Source: Malacoraja senta
Taxonomy: Eukaryota
Assembly (NCBI GenBank): GCA_038087875.1
Contig: JAXLNO010000385.1
Location: 186,001 to 250,000 of the forward strand
Reading direction: 5' to 3'
DNA length: 64,000 nt
Shown here: positions 56,939 to 64,000 of the stretch, piece after piece
How positions within the stretch are numbered: position 1 is the first letter of the stretch
How the letters are laid out: each line of letters opens with the position of its first letter
The notes under the pieces: model-generated
The model's database searches: none
Seen by the model: the letters and a program-made list of their open reading frames with translations, nothing else
What the model was told of the DNA's origin: nothing
Translations under genes and position numbers: made by a program

Positions 56939-59900
56939 CATATAACCATATAATCATATAACAATTACAGCATGGAAACAGGCCATCTCGGCCCTTCAAG
57001 TCCATGAAGAACACTTTTTCTCCCCTAGTCCCATCTACCTGCACTCAGACAATAACCCTCCATTCCTTTCACATCCATATACCCATCCAATCTATTTTTA
57101 AATGGTAAAATCAAACCTGCCTCCACCACTTCCACTGGAAGCTCATTCCACACAGCTACCACTCTCTGAGTAAAGAAATTCCCCTAATGTTACCCCTAAA
57201 CTTCTGTCCCTAAATTCTCAGGTCATGTCCTCTTGTTTGAATCTTCCCTACTCTCAATGGGAAAAGCTTATCCACGTCAACTCTGTCTATCCCTCTCATA
57301 ATTTTAAAGACCTCTATCAAGTCCCCCATTAACCTTCTGCGCTCCAAAGAATAAAGACCTAACTTGCTCAGCCTTTCTCTGTAATTTAGTTGCTGAAACC
57401 CAGGCAACATTTTCGTAAATCTCCTCTGTACTCTCTCTATTTTGTTGAAATCCTTCCTATAATTAGGCGACCAAATTGTACTCCATACTCCAGAATTGGC
57501 CTCACCAATGCCTTGTACAATTTTAACATTACATCCCAACTTCTATACTCAATGCTCTGATTTATAAAGGCCAGCACACCAAAAGCTTTCTTTACCACCC
57601 TATCTACATGAGATTCCACCTTCAGGGAACTATGCACAGTTATTCCTAGATCCCTCTGTTCAACTGCATTCCTCAATTCGCTACCATTTACCATGTACGT
57701 CCTATTTTGATTTGTCCTGCCAAGATGTAGCACCTCACATTTATCAGCATTAAACTCCATCTGCCATCTTTCAGCCCACTCTTCCAAATGGCCTAAATCT
57801 CTCTGTAGACTTTGAAAATCTACTTCATTATCCACAACACCACCTATCTTAGTATCATCTGCATACTTACTAATCCAATTTTCCACACCATCATCCAGAT
57901 CATTGATGTACATGACAAACAACAGTAGACCCAACACAGACCCCTGAGGCACCCCACTAGTCACCGGCCTCCAACCTGACAAACAGCCATCCACCATTAC
58001 TCTCTGGCATCTCCCATTCAGCCACTGTTGAATCCATCTTGCTACTCCACCATTAATACCCAACAATTGAATCTTCTTAACCAACCTTTCATGAGGAACC
58101 TTGTCAAAGGCCTTACTGAAGTCCATATAGACAACATCCACTGCTTTACCCTCATCAATTTCCCTAGTAACCTCTTCGAAAAATTCAAGATTAGTCAAAC
58201 ATGACCTTCCAGGCACAAATCCATGTTGACTGTTCCTAATCAGACCCTGCTTATCCAGATGATTATATATATTATCTCTAAGTATCCTTTCCATTAATTT
58301 GCCCACCACTGACGTCTAACTAACAGGTCTATAATTGCTAGGTTTACTCTTAGAACCCTTTTTAAACAACGGAACAACATGCGCAGTGTGCCAATCCTCC
58401 TGCACTGTTCCCGTTTCTAAAGACATTTGAAATATTTCTGTCATAGCCCCTGCTATTTCTACACTAACTTCCCTCAATGTCCTAGGGAATATCCTGTCAG
58501 GACCTGGAGACTTATCAGTTTTCATATTTTTGCAAAAGAGTCCGCACCTCCTCTTCTTTGAATCTCCTAGTTTCCATTGCTACTCTGCTTGTTTCCCTTA
58601 CCTCACATAATTCCATATCCTTCTCCTTGGTGAATACCGAAGAAAAGAAATTGTTCAATATCTCCCCCATCTCTTTTGGCTCTGCAGATAGCTGTCCACT
58701 CTGACTCTCTAATGGACCAATTGTATTCCTTGTTATCCTTTTGCTATTAATATAGCTGTAGAAACCCTTTGCATTTACTTTCACCTTACTTGCCAAAGCA
58801 ACCTCATATCTTCTTTTAGCTTTTCTAATTTCTTTCTTAATATTCATTTTACATTCTTTATACTCCTCAAGCACCTCATTTACGGCATGCTGCCTATAAT
58901 TATTGTAGATCTCTCTCTTTTTCCGAACCAAGTGTCCAATTTCCCGTGAAAACCATGGCTCTTTCCAATTTTTACTATTTCCATTCAACCGAACAGGGAC
59001 ATAAAGATTCTGTACTCTTAAAATGTCACCTTTAAATGTCCTCCATTTCTCTTCTACATCCTTCCCATAAAACAACATGTCCCAATTCACTCCTTTTAAA
59101 TCATTTCGCATCTCGTCAAAGTTAGCCTTTCTCCAATCAAAAATCTCAACCCGAGGTCCAGTTCTGACCCTCTCCATAATTATATTGAAACTAATGGTAT
59201 TGTGATCACTGGACCCGAAGTGCTCCTCGACGCATATCTCCGCCACCTGCCCTGTCTCATTTTCTAACAGGAGGTCCAGCACTGCCCCTTCTCTAGTAGG
59301 TACCTCTATGTATTGCTGCAAAAAACTATCCTGCACACATTTTACAAACTCCAAACCATCCAGCTCTTTTACAGAATATGTTTCCCAGTCTATGTGTGGA
59401 AAATTGAAATCTCCCAGAATCACTACCCTGCGCTTACTACTAATATCTGCTATCTCCTTACATATTTGCTCTACCAATTCTTGCTCCCCATTTGGCGGTC
59501 TATAATACACCCCTATAAGTGTTGCTACACCTTTACCATTTCTCAGTTCCACCCAAATAGCCTCCCTAGACGAGCCCTCTATTACTGCTGTAATATCTTC
59601 CTTGACAAGCAATGCAACACCCCCACCTCTTGCCCCTCCAATTCTATCACCCCTGAAGCAACGAAATCCTGGAATATTTAGTTTCCAATCACAGCCCTCC
59701 TGCAACCATGTTTCACTGATCGCCAAAACATCATACTTCCAGGTGTCAATCCAGACTCTAAGCTCATCCACCTTTCTTACAATGCTCCTAGCATTAAAAT
59801 ATACAAATTTAAGAAACCCACCACCACTTATTCTCTGTTTATTATCTTTTTCTTCTTTCTCCCCTACATTTTGGGTCCGAGTGCTTCCCTTCTCTGCCTC

Positions 59901-60080
59901 CTGCCTACCACATTTTCTACTAGCTCTCTCTATTTGGGTCCCTCCCCCCAACCGTTCTAGTTTAAAGTCTCACCAGTAGCCTTTGCAAATCTCCCCGCCA
60001 GGATATTGGTCCCCTCGGTTCAAGTGCAACCCTTCCTTTCTGTACAGGTCACACCTTCCCCGAAAGAGGTCCCAATGATC
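56939..60080 (-). mobile_element. CR1 LINE, mirror copy of 21184-24329
   Basis: ORF 58515-59951 has the same translation as 21314-22750. Confidence 0.95.
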
Positions 60081-62213
60081 CTTTATTCAATTCCAATTTG
60101 TGGTGATAATCCATAGATGTCGAGTGAATCAAGGAAAGCTGTTGGGAAGCATTAGTTCCCTCAGTGACACCATTGATTGAAAAGTACTCCTTATTAATTC
60201 CAGGAAGCATCTGATACATAGAGAATTAATGCTTCTCATCGTATCGTTGTGCGGAACCAAGATACAATTGTCGGAGAATAATTCTACAGGATTGTCAAAT
60301 GCGGGATAGATGAAATCAATACAATGTTTTTGCTGATAGAACCATGTCTTCTGGCATTACAATTTAATCGTCTTCATTCTTTTAAATCTCGTCTTCTCCA
60401 ACTTTCAACACAAATGAGAATAGTCGCCTTTTCCCTCTCTCAATCGCATATTCGTCTGTAATTGAAACTAGGTAGCGTTGCTGTGACCTACCGCTGCCGT
60501 GGCCAACCGCTACCGCTGCCGTGGTCGTCCGCTGCCTACCGCTGCCGTGACCTACAGCTGCCGTGGCCTTCCGCTACCGTGGCCTTCCGCTACCGCTCCC
60601 CACCGGCTACAGGAGGGGGCCTGTAGGGTGCATCCTGCAGCTGGGGACACGGACGGCTTCAGGCGGGGGCCGGTGGGGGCGGAGGGGGGAAAGTGTCCTG
60701 CAGCTGGGGACAGGGACGGCTTCAGGCGGGGGCTGTTGGAAGCGTCCTGTCCCTGGAGGAAGGGGACAGCTTCAGTTGGGGGGCAGCGGGAGCGTCCTGT
60801 AACCGGGGACGAGGACGGCTTCAGTCGGGGGCTCTCAGGGACCGGTTGGGGGGGGGGTGCGAGCGACCTGCAGCCGGGGGATTGGGACGGCTTCAGGAGG
60901 GGGCTAACGGGGGGGGGCGTCCAACAGCTGGGGGAGTGGCACGGCTTCAGGCGGCGGCTGTCTAGTGCAGTTGGGTGGGGGTAGGGCTTCAGACGGGGGC
61001 TGTCAGAGCCGGTGGCTGAGAGGGGAGCATCCGGCAGCCGGGAGGGGGGGGACGGCTTCAGGCGGGGGCTGTCGTGGCCGGTTGGAGGGGAGGATCTTGT
61101 AGCAGGGGGACGGGGACGGCTTCAGGCGGGGTTCGTCGCGGCCGGTTGGCGGGGGGGTCTTGAAGTAGGGGGACAGGGACAGCTTCAGGCGGGGGTTGTG
61201 TGGGCCAGTGGGGGGGGGGGGCGAGCATCCTGCAGCTAGGGACGGGGAGGGCGACGGTTTCAGGTGGGGGCCGGAGGGCTAGTACAGGCATTGTGGGCCG
61301 AATAGACTTTTCTTGGGCTACTCCTGCAGCTGGGGACGGGGAGGGCGACGGTTTCAGGTGGGGGCCGGGGGGGGCGGCGCTACCGTGGCCAACGTTTGGG
61401 GAGGGGTGTGGGCTAGGGGAGGGGAGTGCGTGGATGTGTGTGCGGTGGTGCTGTGCCCCGGCCAGCGCCTGGCCCCCGCCAGCGCCCCGCTCCCTCAATC
61501 CCCCCACACTCACTCCTTACTTCCGCAGGATCTGGAGGTTGCAGCAGTCGGCCAGGCTCCGGACCGCTCCCCACTCCGGGCCGCCTCCTGGGTTCCTCGA
61601 CTCGGGGCGGCTCCTAGGCTCCCCAGCGGCTGCGGGGCTCACCGGCTTCGGGACGGCTCCGGCCTCACCGACTTCGGGACGGCTTCGGGGCGGCTTTTGG
61701 GCGGCTTCGGGACGGCTTTGGGGCGGCTTCGGCGCTCACCGGCTTCGGGACGTCTTCGAGGCTCACTGGCTTCCGGATGGCTTCGCGGCGGGATGGCTTC
61801 GCTTCGGGACGGATTCGGGACGGATTCAGGACGGATTCAGGACGACCGCGGGGCTCAGGGCCGCGGGGCTCCGTTGCTTTATACTCCTCGCCCCGGTGAT
61901 TGACAGCGGGTGCCGGAAGGGGCGTGGTCGTCCCGGCGTTTGACAGGATAGAAGACCAATCTGCTGATATTACAATTTTTAAACCTTCGTAACTTTTGTA
62001 ATATTCCACCGATCGGAAGAAACCTTAGTGCGCTTGTGGCACAGGGGTACGGCGAGTTAGGCGGGGGGGGGGGTCGTAGCGTTATCGGGGACCGTCTTTG
62101 CGCAAATGTAAATAAAGCGCAATCCGGAAGAGGACAAGATGAGTTTTAGTTAAGTATCGAAGATAGATAGAAGATAGATTACGGATAGATAGATAGAAAG
62201 ATTGATAGATAGA

Positions 62214-62306
<93 letters not shown>

Positions 62307-62311
62307 CGATC

Positions 62312-62363
<52 letters not shown>

Positions 62364-64000
62364 TAGATAGATAGATCGATCGATCGATAGATCCACGGCC
62401 GCCCTCCGCCCGGTCTCCCCCTGTGCGGCCGCACTGTCACGGGCTGTGGGTCGGCAGCGCCCACACGGACAGGGCCGCGGCTCTGGGCAGCGGACACACG
62501 GGGACGAAAACCCGGCAACGTCCCCGTCAGCTGCAGCAGAGTTGGGGACAGTCTGGTCCCTCCGCCCATCCAGAGTCACTGACCCACCTCCCCACCGATC
62601 ACCCCCGACCACCCGGCAACATCCCCGTCAGCTGCAGCAGAGTTGGGGACAGTCTGGTCCCTCCGCCCACCCAGAGTCACTGACCGCGCTGCACCGGCAC
62701 CGGACCCCGACAACCCCCTCCCTCGAACACCCCCAGACCCCCAGCCGCGGGTATAGACGGCCCGGGGTACGTGAGTGTGGAACCAGTCAGCGTGGAGTCC
62801 GAATGCTGGGACAGAATACGGGCCCGTTGCACTGGAAGCCGTGGTAAGCGCTTACCCGACGTTCACCGCATGTACTCCAGTTGGCCTTGCGTGGCAACAG
62901 TATAGGTCACGGGTCGTGACCTCGACTGCCGAGCATCCTCCCTATAGATTAGTCAGAGTAGGTGAATCGAGGACCAAGTCAAGTCAAGTCAAGTCAAGTT
63001 TATTCGTCACATACACATACGAGATGTGCAGTGACATGGAAAGTGGCAATGCTCGCGGATTGTGCAAAAAACTGCAAAACAGAATGGACAGAATCACATA
63101 TTCACATATTACATATTTGTGGGAGGAAGAAAAGAAAAACCAGCAATTTTTAAAAAGACACCACACAACAGTAAAATGGTTCAGTAAAGTTAGTCCCTGG
63201 TGAGATAGGAGTTTACAGTCCTAATGGCCTCTGGGAAGAAACTCCTTCTCACCCTCTCCGTTTTCACAGCATGGCAACGGAGGCGTTTGCCTGACCAGAC
63301 GATGTTGATGCAGGGTGAAGGACAAAAAGAGTTAATAGGAATCTAGGAGTAACGTTTCCACACAGAGGGTGGTGGGTGTATGGAACTAGCTGCCAGAGGA
63401 GATAGTTAAGGTTGCGACTATTCCAAAGATTAAGAAACCGCTACAATGTTACACCGATAGGACGGGTTTGGAGGGATATGGACCAGACGCCAGGGACTAG
63501 TGCAACTGGGACACGTTGGTCGGTTTGGACGTTTGGCCGAAGAACCTGTTTCCACGCTGTATCACACCAAGGGCGGCACATATGGTTGCACTACTGCTAC
63601 AAAACGCCAGAGACCAGGGTTCTATCCTGCCCTCGTCTGCTGTCTGTGTGTAAGTGTGCACATTCGCCCTGTGACCGCGTGAGTTTCCTCCGAGTGGCCG
63701 AAGATCCTCTTTCCCACGCTGTATCTAACTTAAACCAAATCACACTGAAATTACACATGCCATGTCTCACAGTGTGCTCGGGGAGGAGGGGAGGGGGATG
63801 GCAGATTACGGAGGGAAACCATCATTGAGCGAAACATAGCACACGGTCAGACTGTGCACAGTCCGACTGAGCAAAGGAGACAGAAATTTCTTATAGAAAC
63901 ATATAAAATTATAAAAGGACTGGACAAGCTAGATGCAGGAAAAATGTTCCCAATGTTGGGCGAGTCCAGAACCAGGGGCCACAGTCCCAGAATAAAGGTG

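Overview
Repeat-dominated vertebrate genomic DNA, most consistent with a cartilaginous fish such as a skate or ray. This is inferred from HE1-like V-SINEs, dense CR1 LINEs and a GPR139/142-like receptor. The only host gene is a two-exon GPR139/142-like class A GPCR on the minus strand (exon 1 16354-16423, exon 2 13942-14845), broken by a single 1-bp frameshift. It sits between two large inverted duplications. IR1 (1-~2440 vs ~11030-13469, visibly diverged) surrounds a 6-kb (TCTA)n array and a 200-N gap. IR2 (~17257-37887 vs ~46357-64000, near-identical, running off the window) surrounds an 8.5-kb spacer with a second 200-N gap. The architecture suggests an alternating-orientation amplicon of receptor-containing units, but IR2 and a 3-kb tandem duplication in its left arm could be assembly artefacts. 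Mobile DNA includes near-complete CR1 and L1 ORF2 copies, L2, Rex1 and Penelope fragments, and Harbinger-type hairpin MITEs. There is also a composite Helitron (promoter-like CpG island, minisatellite, RepHel helicase remnant), a decayed class I endogenous retrovirus (42704-~50340: LTR, gag-like, integrase, unexplained 3' ORFs, MLV-like PPT, LTR), and ~100-bp elements carrying a Penelope-type minimal hammerhead ribozyme motif. No prokaryotic systems or CRISPR arrays are present. Most coordinates of repeat ends are approximate.
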